From positions 5,084,001 to 5,148,000 of the forward strand of contig JAYWIR010000003.1 in the NCBI GenBank assembly GCA_036172245.1: a DNA stretch of 64,000 bases, given 5' to 3'. The notes under the pieces are model-generated. The model made no database searches and was not told the origin of the DNA. It saw only the letters and a program-made list of their open reading frames with translations. The position numbers and the translations under genes were made by a program. Positions 22,150 through 34,530 of this stretch are shown piece after piece (within the stretch, counting starts at the first letter, position 1; each line of letters starts with the position of its first letter). The DNA is from Raillietiella orientalis (taxonomy: Eukaryota).

Positions 22150-23350
22150 GCACTGAACGAAGGGAAGAGCTCCGGCGCGAATTGAAGGAGAGCGGTGCTG
22201 CTCGGCTCGTTTCAGGAAGAAGCTGGAATGCTTGGACGCAGCCCGCAAATGATCTTGTGGGGGAAGAGAGAACTGGGACACTCGAAGTACTGGGACAAGC
22301 GAACATTCGAAACCGTGCCTTCTCTCTTCCTCCCACGCTTCCCAAGGAGCTCTGGGGACCTTCCTTGACACCTGTAGAGACGAAGTAAACTCCCTCTGTT
22401 TTTTTGTTCTTCCTCCTTCTTTTCTCTGGAAAACAGTCGTCCGGTGCTACGTAAGGACAGCGAAGGTTTCGCGATTTGCGCCAGTGCCTGGCCACGCACC
22501 TTCGTGATAACATTCGACGTTCCGAAACAGCTTCCGAGCTGGACTCTCGAAGAGCTGCTGCTCGAAGCGGAACGCTCGACGTCCTCTTGCAAAAGCTAAG
22601 CGAAGAGCAGGGAAGCTTCTGAAAGAGACTGCATCGGTCTTTCCTGCCTCAATTTCGGGAAAAACAGATGCGCTCGGATACGCAGTAGGTGAAGAGACTA
22701 GCCGAGAGCACGCTGAAGAGGGGGTTTGTGCTGTCCACTCCAAAGATGTGCTCAACCCCTCCTTAAAAGCGAAGGACCGCTTTCCGGTCTTGGAGTCTTG
22801 GCATGGCCGACAGACTCCCCGAAATCGGAGAGAAGATCAACGGGGACCGAAGAACAAATCGGCGGAAAATGACGGAAAATCTACCTCGGAGTCACCACGG
22901 CTCCGGTCTGGTCATCCTAGGACTCGCACGTTCCCCGTTCCGCGGGAGCTCTCGTATCTCCGTGAGAGATGCTTCGTTGTTCAAAACCTCCACGCGACCG
23001 AGCAGGAGACGGAGCCGGTCAAGGTCTCACATCCGAACCCGTGCTCTCGCTGAGATGGCGTCCCAGAGACCCTTCCTTAGGGAGCTTCGCCCCTCCCGCG
23101 TTGCCAGTCGCAACGGCGCGGAAAAATCTCGACAAGCCTCCGTGCAAAATCAGAGCTCCAGATTTGTCAGCTGGCCAGATGGGATGATGTGTCAGGGACG
23201 CTGACGATAACCGGAACATCTTGTCTGCATCCGCATTCGCCATCTGCAGCCGCAAGTTCCAGTCCCAGGAAACGTCATGTCCGCTTACGACCCTTTCGCG
23301 CTCCCTACGAGGAAAGAAGTCAAAATCTTGGGCAGGAAAACGATGAAAAA
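22150..23350 (+). mobile_element. Possible decayed hAT-like transposase relic
   Basis: Weak ordered similarity: KTDALGYAV...HAEEGVCAVHSKDVL (cf. TDNA.NM...C.AH.L.L) and SPFRGSSRISVR (cf. TRW.S). No TIRs found. Confidence 0.22.
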
Positions 23351-25320
23351 ACAAACCGAGTGTTTCGCCCCTTCGCTGACGCTAGCCGGGAGAAAAGGAA
23401 AGCATCGCAGCTGGCCACCGGCTATCGTTTGGCGGCACACGCCGGAGGATCCGCCTTCCCGAAAACCAAGACAACGTGTTTTCCTTTCATTCCCGTTTCC
23501 ATTCCAAAGGAGCCGCCTACGGTTGCCGCGATACGCGTGCGATCAGCCTGCGCGTGGACTCGAAGCGTATTGGGTTACGCAAGGTGCCGACGCGTGCAAG
23601 TCAGGTGCGCGCGCGTAAATCATGTCTGGGCAGAGCGTATGGAGTGTGCATTGCATGAGGGCGATGAGAACGCGAGCGACCTTCAACTCGAAGCGGGCGT
23701 CGAGCGCTTCTTATTCTGGTGCTCTCTCGCGCACTCTTCCCATGGAGAGCGAGAAAAACGCCTTCCCCCCCTCCCCATCCACATGGCGCCTCGCACCCTT
23801 TTCGCTCAGTTGTCCCGGGAGCGGACGCGTAACACAGCAAGCAGCGCACCGACCGGAGGTGCCACAGGTGCTGCTGCGGTTGCGCCGCTTCCGCAGAAGG
23901 AACCCGCGGCACTTCCAGCGACCTGCGTCAGAGTACCTGGAGGCGCCTCCACCATCACTCGTTACGTTTCCGCAAGTAGGTGCAACGGACTCCGTGTCTG
24001 GAGGGTTAACGGCTGCAAGGTGGCGGTGTTGTGTGGGGGAGGAGGAGAAGAGTTGTAGCGAAGGAAACGGTGCACCTGGAAGCCGGGAGGAGGCCTCATT
24101 TCCGATTCCCACGGGGGGAGAAGGTTTCCCGTGCAGTTCCCCCTTCCGCGCTTGCAACCGACCTCCTACCCGCTCCGCTCCGAAGGGAAACGGTTTGCCT
24201 CTCTCTCCCCGTGGTCGTGGAGACCACCGAGAGAGCGAGGAAGCCGGCCGAGAGAGAGCGTCTTTTTGAGTGCGGCCCTAGCGGACTTTTCTGGAGTTGC
24301 GATCCGTCCTGCTCTCCTCGGTCGGCCACGCCCGGAAAGCAAACCTCGCGGTTTCTCGAGGAACGTCCGTTTGTGTTTTTGTTTTCCTCCTTTCGCTTTG
24401 CTGTTCTCCGTTTCCTTGTGAACTCGCGCGCTCGCGCATCAGGCTTTCTCTCGAGGAGCAGGGAGGAGGGTTAGGGTGAGATCCAGGTGCGCGTCTCTCG
24501 GATCGGACCGGTCGTCTACCGGAGGCGCCCGAGCCCACAAACCATTAAACAAGAAAAATGGCCGCAGAAGCACTGCTTCTCTTCCCCAGCCAATTTGATG
24601 TCTTCGCCCTCCGGCGAAAGCGAAGGAAGAAGGAGGAAAGGAAATCCCATCGCCGTGTGCGTGTGCGGCCTCCGCCAGTCGACGCTCGCGCGGCTATAAA
24701 TCCGCCGACGTCAGGCTGCTGCTGGTTTCCTACGTGGGGATGGAGGGGTCGCAGGGTCCCACGGACGGCGCGGCGGGATAAACAGCGGCTCGACTCGGCC
24801 AGCGGAAGAGAGGCGGCGGCTGGAGAGAGATGGCCGCGCCGCCAGCGGCGTCGCCGGCGACCTATCCCGGAGAGGAGGAGAATCAGCTACTTCTCTCGAT
24901 CCTTGGGCGAAGGGAAGGTTCACGAGGCGGCGACCACGTCCCTACGCTGGCGTGGTCCGGATGCCTGCAGCACCAACGGCACGCAACTCACTCGTTTCTC
25001 AGTCTCCCGGGAAATCTCAGTGGCCAGTCTGTCTCTCTCTCTCGTTTCTCAGTGGTCTCCAGAGGAGGCCGCTGAGAAACGATGCTGGCGGTGCACTTCC
25101 ACTACTCGGAAAAGCTTCTCAGGTTCCTTTTGGCAGCAGCATCCGTTCACTGGGCGTCATCCTCCCTTGGGAGCTGCGGGGCGCGTGAATCCCGGTAATA
25201 CTTTCCTTTCCCTCCCGCCCATGTTGCCGCCAGCAGGGAGGCGGGATGGAGTGGGGGACAGGCCAGAGGACGTGGTCACAGGGTCGCTCGCTCTCGAAGG
25301 AGAATGGAATCAAATGACTG

Positions 25321-25344
25321 TTTATTTCTTGCCCCCCTTTTATT
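25321..25344 (-). promoter_or_regulatory. Two candidate AATAAA polyadenylation signals for the HLH gene
   Basis: tttatt on + at 25321-25326 and 25339-25344, about 640-660 nt downstream of the HLH stop codon, in otherwise GC-rich DNA. Confidence 0.4.
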
Positions 25345-25981
25345 CCAGTGGACAAGCGTTTGAGTGTCGGGAGGGGAAAGGTGAGAAACATATCCTCCGT
25401 CGAGAGAGAGAGGCTTCACCGGCGCTGTGACTGCGTCTTCCGGTTGTCCTCAAGGGACCTGTTCAACACATTCCGGGGCGTGTTCCTCCTTCTCTGTTCC
25501 TTCCCGCTTGTCCGGGAGGCGCTCGCGGGAAAAAAAGTTGCTTTTCCAGATGGCGGCGGGAGGGGAATACTGGGGGATGTCGCCAGATACAGGAAGAGGC
25601 GCTAATGCCACCAGAATGGGAAGCGAGTGAGAGGAAAGTTTGGGGCGACGCCAGCTGCTGGAAGCTCCGGGGACGCTCTTACTTCTTCATCTCCTCTCGG
25701 GAAGACTTCAGGCCACAGGTAATGATGTTGCCCTTGAGCTGCCGGGTTATCGTGCTGCCCGGAGCACGACTGGGCGAAGGGAACACACACACAAGAAAAA
25801 GAGGAAGGGGAAAAGAACAGTCTACAAGACGAGTGGCAGCCGGACGGGGCCTCTCCTAGGTGACTGCCAGGAAGGCTTCGTTTGCGCTCGCTTGCCCCTC
25901 ACCGAACGGGTGGTGGTGACGGCATCGGGAAGAGGGAAAAGAGGAAGGGGAAGAGGGGGGGGGGGTGAAATCTCAAGGGCT

Positions 25982-26458
25982 TCATATGGGCCTCCCGGGT
26001 CCTTTCTTCAGGTAGGAGGGCAGAGGACAGCTCTTCTCCACCGCTACGACTGCCGGGAAGGTCACAACCTCGTGAATAACGCGCCGGATCTGGGATGCGG
26101 ACATGCGACTGCAGTCCTGGACGCACTCCCCTGGAAGAGGAAAACAAGAAGGACTGGACTCTTTTCGCGGAAATCTTCTTCCTCCCTCTTCCCCTTTACC
26201 TGAGACGATGCCTCTTGTCTGCAACCGCAGGAGCAACGCAGCGTGCAGTTGCTCAATGTACCGGACGGCTTCTTCGATGACCTCAACCCTGGAGGCTTCC
26301 GGCCGGCTGGCCACACTGGGCACCATGGCGCGCAGCCGTCGGTACTCCTCTGCGTACTGCTGCTGCTGCTGACGACGACGACGTTTCCATGTCCGCGGAC
26401 CCTCGTGGCCACCGGGAGGGCCAGACGGGGAATGGTTCCCGGGATGCCCTCCTTTCAT
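25982..26458 (-). CDS. Small helix-loop-helix protein, Id/Emc-like (135 aa; exons 26458-26200 and 26130-25982)
   Basis: HLH pattern EEYRRLRAMVP-loop-SRVEVIEEAVRYIEQLHAALL. A 69-nt intron at 26199-26131 has CAG|gtaaag and cttccag ends. ATG at 26458, TGA ending at 25982. The specific orthologue is not recognised. Confidence 0.82.
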   Translation of the reverse strand: MKGGHPGNHSPSGPPGGHEGPRTWKRRRRQQQQQYAEEYRRLRAMVPSVASRPEASRVEVIEEAVRYIEQLHAALLLRLQTRGIVSGKGEEGGRRFPRKESSPSCFPLPGECVQDCSRMSASQIRRVIHEVVTFPAVVAVEKSCPLPSYLKKGPGRPI

Positions 26459-26563
26459 GACAGGACCTCCGCGGGACGCACGCTATCCTCCCGACGCATC
26501 GCACTCCAATGCAGAGGGGACCGTCCTGGAAGACGCGATGCACTCAGGCCCACCTACGCCAGT

Positions 26564-26604
26564 GTCACGTGACCGCCTCCGAGCGCGCGCGGTGGTCACG
26601 TGAC
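26564..26604. promoter_or_regulatory. Pair of perfect GTCACGTGAC palindromes (CLEAR-type / class B E-box) upstream of the HLH gene
   Basis: Exact 10-mers at 26564-26573 and 26595-26604, 106-146 nt upstream of the ATG. The second overlaps a CRE-like TGACGTC. Confidence 0.65.
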
Positions 26605-29600
26605 GTCGTCTCCGCCGCCGCCTCCCGAATAGAACAGGTGCACGGATGCAGGAGGGTGTGCGCGCTCACCGCCGGCGAGGACGCCCCTGCGCGGAAGCTG
26701 CGGCAGCACCCGAGTGCCTCGGCAGCTACTGCTGGGCCGCGGATGGGGGCACCGACAGGGGTGGGTGGTCCGTCTGTCTGTCCGTCCTTTCGCTCTCCGG
26801 CCGTGGAAAAAAATTCGTGGTCCTGCGGAACCAATGGCGACTGGGTGGAGAGAGGAGAGGACGTTACCAAGGATCGAACCGTGGATGGCGACCCGTGCCG
26901 TCTCCCCTCTCCCTTCCAAACGGTGAAAGAGAGGGGTTGCGGCTCCACGGGAGACACAGAGGTCGCGAGGGCAACGCTGATCGCGGGTCGCGAAATTGGC
27001 CCTCGGCATGCTTCTCACCCAGGGAGCAGCAGGGAAAGCGAGAAGGGGGAACCCGTCCCTCCTGGGAGGATTTCTAGGAATCTTCCAAGACGCAGTGACC
27101 CCGCAATCCGAGTGGGGAAGAGCAGCAGACCCATCTGGTCCCTTCCCTTCCTGGATCGGTCACCGCCTACTCCACGGTCCATTCGCCTCGGGGAGAGAGG
27201 AAGGCGGGAATCCCAATCTCCCCGACTTCTTCTTCCTTCCCCTTCCCCCTTCCCGGCGCCTCGCTCCTCCGCCCTGGCGAGGGGCGAAGCCCTCGCTAGG
27301 GCGGAAGTTCCTCCTCCCCTCGTCTCTCGCCAGGCTCCACTTCCTCCCTCACGCCTCGCCACGCCTCCGCCCGCTCCTTTCTGCGAGGTGACCGTCTGGA
27401 ACGGGAGCGGCTATCCCCGGAAGCGCAGGGAGAGGCAGGGCGGGTGGAAAAGGGGCGAAGGCGCACGCGCGACCCGACGGTGGGAAAAGCGGAAAATGAG
27501 GAAAGGGACAACCCTGCTGTCTCCCGCGGCATCGAGCTCAATTGAGGCCTCTCGGGCCGAGCTTCCTTCTGGTCCTGAGCGGGCAGCCTCCGAACCAACG
27601 GGAAGCCGAGGCCAGCTGCCTTCTTCCCCCTTCCCCTCCCGCCGTTCTCCTGTGCTTTTTTTTTTTTTTCGCCGCTGGGGACGGCCTTGCGCTTGGTCAT
27701 TTCCTCCGCCTTTCTCCCTCCCTCCCCATGCGTTGCTTCCTTCCGCCTCGGGGGCTTCCACTGCTGCGAGACGGCAGGGCCGTTGCCGAGACGTATCTTG
27801 GAAAGAAGCGAGGGAGCTGGTCGTCAAATCGGCGAGGCGAGACGACCGCGCCTCGCAAACCTCCCTCCACCTCCTCCCGGGGACGTTTCTGCCCCGCCGC
27901 CTCTGCCAGGGAAAGTCTCCTGGCAGTGTGCCCGAGCGGAGAACGCGGCGGCCTGGATGCTGGGAGGTCATCGCTGCCGCTTCCATCAGACGCGCAGACC
28001 CGGGTGACCTTGGAAGCAGGGGACTTCCCCGGAAGCCTTGAGGAAGATCTGCAGCTTCCGGTCTCTGAGCGACCCCGGCTGAGTTCCTCTCGCCGAGATT
28101 CGTGAAGGCGGGAGAGCAGAACAGTTCTCAGAGAGTGCTGCAGGACCCCGGATGGGGCCCAGATGGGTTCTCTCCTGCCCTTGCCCCGGAGTCCGCTCCC
28201 AAGGGGTCTCTGGCGAACCCTCAGCGGAGATTCGCTCCAGACTGGGTCGCATCCACGTGGTGGTCGGCCAGCCACGACTTCCCTCCCTGCCCCATGGAGT
28301 CCCTTTTGTTGTCTCACTGGCCATCAGGGAGTGAACTGGGACCCTTCTCTCATTGGGCAGCGAGGGAAGAATGAGAATGTCGTGAATGTCGGAGGGGGAT
28401 GAGGAGCCTCGGTAGAGGGGAGGATGGGTGGGCAGGCGACCTCCCTCGGAGCCTGCAGCGAGGTATTCCTTTTGGAGAGACGCTGCACCGGTTGCCCTGG
28501 AGCCTCCTCTTCCCTTCTTTCTCTCGCGTTCACCAAGGAAACCGAAACTGCTCCCTCCCTCGAGCTGCAGGCTCCCCTCCCGCAGCACCCTCTTCACGGG
28601 GAGGCGCGAGAGTCCCGGACGATTCCCGGCCGCACCCCAGCTGGGGTTTCCCCAGCCACCACCCTCCCGTGAAGGGCGGGGAGGGGGGTACACGCGTCGC
28701 GGAGGGATGGGCAGGATACGAGGCGGAAAGGGGGGATCGCATGGCAACGCTGCAAGGTGTCGGCTGCGCCGCCATTTCCTCTTGGGAAGGTTGCCGTTTC
28801 TCCGAGACCGCTCGTTAGTCTGGTCCGCGCCGCGGAAGGCTCGCCATTCGCCTGGGGCCCGTCAACGTGATCCGGCGGCACCGAACGCCAGTGGGGGTAG
28901 GGGTGGGAAAAGAGAGGGAAGGAGGCAGCCTGCGACACGACCGGTCGGTCTTCCCGAATTTTTTTTTATTTCTTTGCACCTCCCCCCTGCTGCGCGTTGG
29001 TGGGCGGCGCACTCGGGTCGGCCGGTCATTCCCGCGGCAGGACGGACCAAGAAGGCCGCTCCGCAATCGACCCCGGAGGGGCTTTCGAGGGGGAGGGGAG
29101 AAAACAGAAGGGTGAATGAGGGCGAAAGAAAGGAGGTCTTCCCCGCTGGTGGAGCTTCCGGGCTCCAGGCAGACGGAGTCCACGGGACCGACAGGCGCAG
29201 TCTGGGCAATAAAAAGGCGCACGCGCAGTGGTGGCGCAGCAGGGCAGATCTGGATGCGGAGCGATAGCCCCCGCCCCCCCGTGCGCGCCCGCAATAAAGC
29301 AATCGAGGGACCGTCCATCCTGAGGGATGCTGCTGCTTCTCGGCCGTGGGAACGCGCGGTCGCCGCCGCCGGTGCTCCGAGCCGACCCCCCGCGGCCGCG
29401 TTTGTCGGCGACGCGCCCGTCTCCAGGGGCGTGGCGGCATCTTCCCGACCCATGTCCTTGCTCCTTTTGGTCTGTCGGGGAAGGGAAGGGGAGAGTTGGG
29501 GGAGAGAGGAGACCTTCGTTTTCCTGGTGGGACGTCTCACCGACGTTTCCTTGAAGATGCAGGTGGTGGCAGCAGCGCCTCCCGCCTCCATCCTCGAGGG

Positions 29601-31149
29601 TGAAGACAGAGGTGTCCCTGTTCGAGATCCCTCCGCTCCACTCGCTGCGTCCCCCCTCTTCCCTTTTGCTGTGGTCCACGCGCCCCCTCCCGAGAAGTGA
29701 TGCGCACCTTAGACGCTGGCGTGCACCCCACCTCTGGCCGTCTCTCCTGGAGACGAACTTCCGAGGATTCCCTAGGAACGACTCCGGCGGCGCATTATTC
29801 CTGCCCCCGTTCAGTTCTTTTTTTTCTTTTTCTGAGTGGTCATCTGGTAGAACGCTTAATGCCATGGGCCCAAGCGGAGCGAGGCGGAAAGGCTCGGGAG
29901 CGGTTGGAATGAGTCCCTAGGGACTTCGAGGTGTCCTTTGTGTGTGGAGCCAAGGACAGGGATGGGGAAAACAGCCGCTTGGACCGAGAGGCAGCCCAGC
30001 AAGGGGAGCCTCATTTCCTACTCGCTCGCTCAGAGGCAGTCCCACTTCCCGGCGCCTCTCTGTTCACCCTCCCGCATCACCCCTTTGCAGGCAGAAAGTG
30101 GAAGTTCCGCATGCCCTCAAGGGACACGAGGTCACCAACATGTCAGCCGGGGTCGGGATGGGGCACGCGAGTCTTCTTGTCACAGGAGGGAAAGAGAAGG
30201 AAAGCTGGAGGGAGGCAGTGCGACACTTGGTTGGGGTCAACCTCCCGGGCGTCGTCGCCGTCTTCGTAGCAGAGGCGCCGCAGGGATGGACGGCGTCTCT
30301 GGGAGGTGACGTCCTCCGTCGTCGGATGGCTTCCTCACCCTCCTTACGGGGAAGGATCCTCGCCTCCGACAGGGGACGGCGAGGATTCCTGGAATTCCTG
30401 ACCCTCCTCAGTCTCTGGTCCCTCCTGCCTGGAGGGGTCGCTCCATCGACGGGGACAACCGTCGCTGATCTCGCTCGCTCCTCGCGGGTCACGTTCCCGC
30501 CGGGAAAAACAGGGGGAGGCAAGAGGGAGGAATGCATGAGCGCGCGGAGCTCCAGTATGGGGCATAACGGCCGTTCTCAGGCCGCAAGGAAGGAAATTTC
30601 GCCCCGGGCTGTTTCGTCCGGTCTTCGGTGCTTCCGTTTTCACCGGCCGGGTAGAATGCCCAAGGGCTTCTTTCGTGATGGTGCCGAGGAAGCGCTCGCC
30701 TTTCCTCGGAGGAGTCCTAGTTCTGTGGCATTTTGCGCCCCTCTTCCATCCAATAGGGCTGCTGCTGCTGCGAACCCAGTAGGGACGGAGACTGACCCCT
30801 GCGACAGGTCGGGGGACGGGAGCGGGCTTCGTTGCTGGGTAACCAAAAAGATCATGCTCCTCCTAGAGTTCGCATGATACTGCCCCGGGTGCGAGTATTC
30901 GCGCTGGCTGCGCGTCGAGCGTGGTGGTAGCGAGCGCGTGCTCATCCGGCAGTCTCCCAGCATGGCCCACAGCGATCTCAAGCATCTCCAGAAGTCCCTT
31001 GGCAGCCCGACGGTGCGTTCGTCTTCTGCACGATCCGAGCACCTCGCATTCAGAGGCTGATGAGCAGGACTCCTGAAGATGAGGGTGGAAGCGACCACCG
31101 CCACTGCCACAGAGAAAATGAATGCGGGTTCACTCGCGCCGAAGGCAAG

Positions 31150-34100
31150 AGGGAGATGCTGCTACGGAATAGATCTTTGATCATCATCCTGTCAAAACTC
31201 GGAGGAAGCGTGGATCGGAATCCGATGAGAGGCTTCGTCCCTGAAATCGTCACTCAAGGCATGGACCAACGCGTCCACGCCAGCTTCCTGTCTGAGACGT
31301 CCACAGGAGATCTCCGAACTCCTCCTGCGGCACAGTCCTCGCATCCGGAGGGTTGACTTCGTCACCACCGGTTCAGTGCCTATGCAGCTGTGACCCCATC
31401 ATCGTCGCATCCAAAGATGAGATTTGGGGGCCTTCCTCCCTGGTCTTCCTCTTCGGTTTCCTCCCACGCACTCGGGAGTCAAGATGGCTGGGCTGCCAGC
31501 GGCAGGAGGCGGCGTACATTCTGTTCGGTTCCCTTCGAGAACAGGAAGCTGGAGTCGAAGCCGTAAACTAGGCCAGCCGCACGAGTGCTTTGAGAACACA
31601 GGACCTCCAGTCTTCGGAATGAGGTCTTATCAACTGCTGCTGCGCCTGACGGACTCTTCCCGCTTGTTTCGTCTCGCGCCGTCCCTCCTCTGAGAGTCTT
31701 CCCCGTTGGGTCGGATCGGACTGAGCTGTCGGAGTGACCCCTCCGGTCCCTGGGGCCCTGGCCCTGGCCCTGGCTGCTGTGTGAACTTCTTCGTGTGACT
31801 CCTTTGGCCTTTTTTCCCTCTAACTCGAGGAGCTTCTCGTGCTGCTACCCATCAGCCTCGTCCTCCGAATGGTCGCACCCGGATCCTCCCTGCCTCCCTT
31901 CCTACTTCTGCGTAAACGCCTTGGAACCGAAGAAGAAAGTGCTGCATCATCCCCCTTTCCGCGGAACCTGGGAGGAAAGAGACACCCCGGATATTCTCAC
32001 GCCTCCTAGTGGACCTGACGGGACCATCTCTCGTACTCTTTAGGAGACGCCCCTTTTCCGCTTCGGAAACCACCGCTCGTGTTCCAGGCGGGCAGAGCCC
32101 AACTGCACCTCTGAGGGAAGGTCTTCTTCCTCCTCCGCCTCCGAAAGCTTTAGACCACCTCTTGTGCCTTCTTGTGCCTTCGGATCTTATCAGGAGATGC
32201 GCGTCCTTCTCTCTCTGAAAAGATCTCCCGGGAACACGTCACTCCTGAAAAGCTCACATTCACTCCTCCTCACCACGTTCACTGTCAATCTTTCGCCGAA
32301 AACGATGCACTCATGTCATCGAGCTTCAATGGCATCGTGAGCGCTCCAGTGCTCCCGGAGAAAGGGGAGCGAAAGCAGGAGAGATGAAGGAACACATCCA
32401 AGAGCAGCCATCGTTTCCAGAGGAGCCCAGCGGAGGATGGGCGACGTTGGCGCACTGGTTTCAGCTCCCTCCCCCTAGCCTTGGCGCAACGAGGGTTCCC
32501 ACAGAGCGGGAGACGGTCATGGCTCCCCGTGAGAACAAGAAAAGCGGCATCCCGAAGGCGAGTGTTCGTCTCACGCCCTCGGGATAGGAAGCCCTCTTTT
32601 TGCCAACGATCGGCAGCCTCCCAACCTCTTCCACCTTGTGTGCCGAGGTCCCGTGGAGCCGCGTCCCCCTCCTCGTCCATCGATGCGTCCATCTGCGGCA
32701 CAGCAGCAGCGGCAGCGAGGACGGCACTCGGGTACTGCAGCATCTTCCACGCAGGGAGTCAAGGGAAGAGATTCCAGCACGCCCGAAGCACCCGGGAGAT
32801 GGATGCCGCGAACGGGGGGTGCGCTGACCTCACCTTTTCCAACGCCTTTGCCTCGACCTACTGGAAGCTGCACTCTAATTCCATCATGGTGGGCCAGAAG
32901 TCTTCCCGGGAAAGCAGACAGCGTCGATTCGCGCGCGCGCTGTGCTGTCCCGCAGACAGCAGAACGGAGGTCGAAGGTCACTCTGGATCCGCGGGCACGT
33001 CGGAGAGCTGCCAGAGCCGGTTCCAACGAACCAGGGACAGCGGTTCCGGAGGTCTGCCTAGGTCCGGAAGGTCCAGGAGTGACCCGGAACCCTGCGGTCG
33101 GCAGAGGAGAGTCCTAGGAAGGTCCTCCGTCTCTCTCCATCCTGGAGTTCCGCAAGACCCCACCGGAAGAGTCCATGGGCGTTCCGAAGGAGTGGCAGGA
33201 TCTAGGAGAAAGAGAAGGGACCTCTACGGTGGGAGCCTCATTCCAGCGTGGGCGAGAGGGTGGGTCCGTTTCCCCGGCAGCCACCGCCAGCGCGGATCAC
33301 TCGGTGTCACGGCCGCGCGAGGCTGGACGCGGAGCCGCCGGTGGTGGAAACGAAGACTGCCGTTCTCTTCCTGCTGCTCCGGGAGGCTCGCTTGTCCACA
33401 GCGCTGCCGGGGACTTCCTCCTCACCGTGGATCCCACGCAGGCAGAGACCTCGGAGGCACTCTCCGAAGATGCACGGGTGCGCAGATCTCAGCAAGCGCT
33501 CGTGCATCCGCACGATCCATGGGACACTTCACCAGTGGACAGGAGCTAAGACTCGCCGACGCCCCCAGCTGAAGAAAGTCTCATGCTATCAGAGGGCTCC
33601 GCTGCCTAATTGCGGCGGCACGCGCGCCGATATGCTCTCGAGGCGTCTTCCTCCAGCTCCAGACTTTTATTCCTCCTCCCCCTCCCTTGCTCTCTTGCCT
33701 TCCCCGGTCAGCGGAACGCGCTGCGTAGCGTATGGATCTGAAGAAACCCCCCGCTTTCCGTAAGCATGGAGAGTTTCTGGAGACTTCTCTGGAGAACATC
33801 CTGGAGAGCATGGCGGTCGGAGAACCCCAACTTCTGGACGTGGCGAAAGAAACTGCCCGAGGGTTCTCTTTTTGTGTCCTTCGACCTTGCTGAAAGATGC
33901 TGCGTTCTTCAGACTCCGCCTTCACGACCTTTGCTGGAGGGTTGGTGGCAGATCGAGACAGATTTGCATTTGGCAGCCGATGGCGACCTCAGGTCACCAG
34001 TGTCGTCGCTGCAGCATCTTCTCATGCCAACTCTCGTTGGTGAATGCTGCTGCTGCACCGGAGCCTCCTGTGCAAGGTCCTCCGTCATCACTGGACCCGG

Positions 34101-34530
34101 GGATGTGTGAACCCGAGCTATACCAGGTACAGGGAGCGGGAATCCCTCCCGCACATGCTTGTGGATTGCGTTGCCCTCTGTTCCCTCTGGGAATATTTCG
34201 CCGACCCTAAGAACCCCCGGCGGCAACTCCATGAGCGCTCTTAAACCCGACATCGTCTGCGATGCCCTTCGATCGTTAGCCTCACTAGCAGCTTTTCGCT
34301 GTCTATGAGGGACCATTGCTGTCTGGAGCGACGCAGTAGGAGGGTACAGGGACCGAGGTGTCATCCATTCCGCCGTCCGATTCTTGACAATGAGATGGCT
34401 ACACTTGAAGGACAGCACGCAGCAAGAACTTTTTGTCGGCATCCTCGAAAGGATGCGGAGGACCGCCGCCAGCAGAACGTGATCCCTTTCTGCACTCCTT
34501 CCCTCCCTCCAGAGTTTATTTATGGCGTGT
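31150..34530 (+). mobile_element. Decayed L1/Tx1-like LINE ORF2 (endonuclease, RT, zf-RVT remnants)
   Basis: Ordered remnants: NPMRGF...ASFLSETS near 31.2-31.3 kb (APE endonuclease start), SIFHAGSQGKRFQH...ADLTFSNAFASTYW near 32.8 kb (cf. D..KAFDSV.W), LLLHRSLLCKVLRHHW...ESLPHMLVDCVALCSLW at 34.05-34.2 kb (zf-RVT). Confidence 0.5.

Noticed and set aside
24695..24700. TATAAA as the promoter of a + strand gene
   Set aside because: No initiator, credible exon or coding sequence downstream.
26509..28041. 510-aa ORF, and similar long Arg/Pro/Gly/Ser-rich ORFs (e.g. 24558-25430, 28428-29267, 29942-30877, 32481-33572)
   Set aside because: Stop-poor GC-rich DNA with no domain and no codon bias, crossing homopolymer runs and overlapping equally long ORFs in other frames. 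32481-33572 is partly a LINE relic.
29837..29930. tRNA A-box-like tggtcatctggtagaac
   Set aside because: No convincing B-box or cloverleaf follows.
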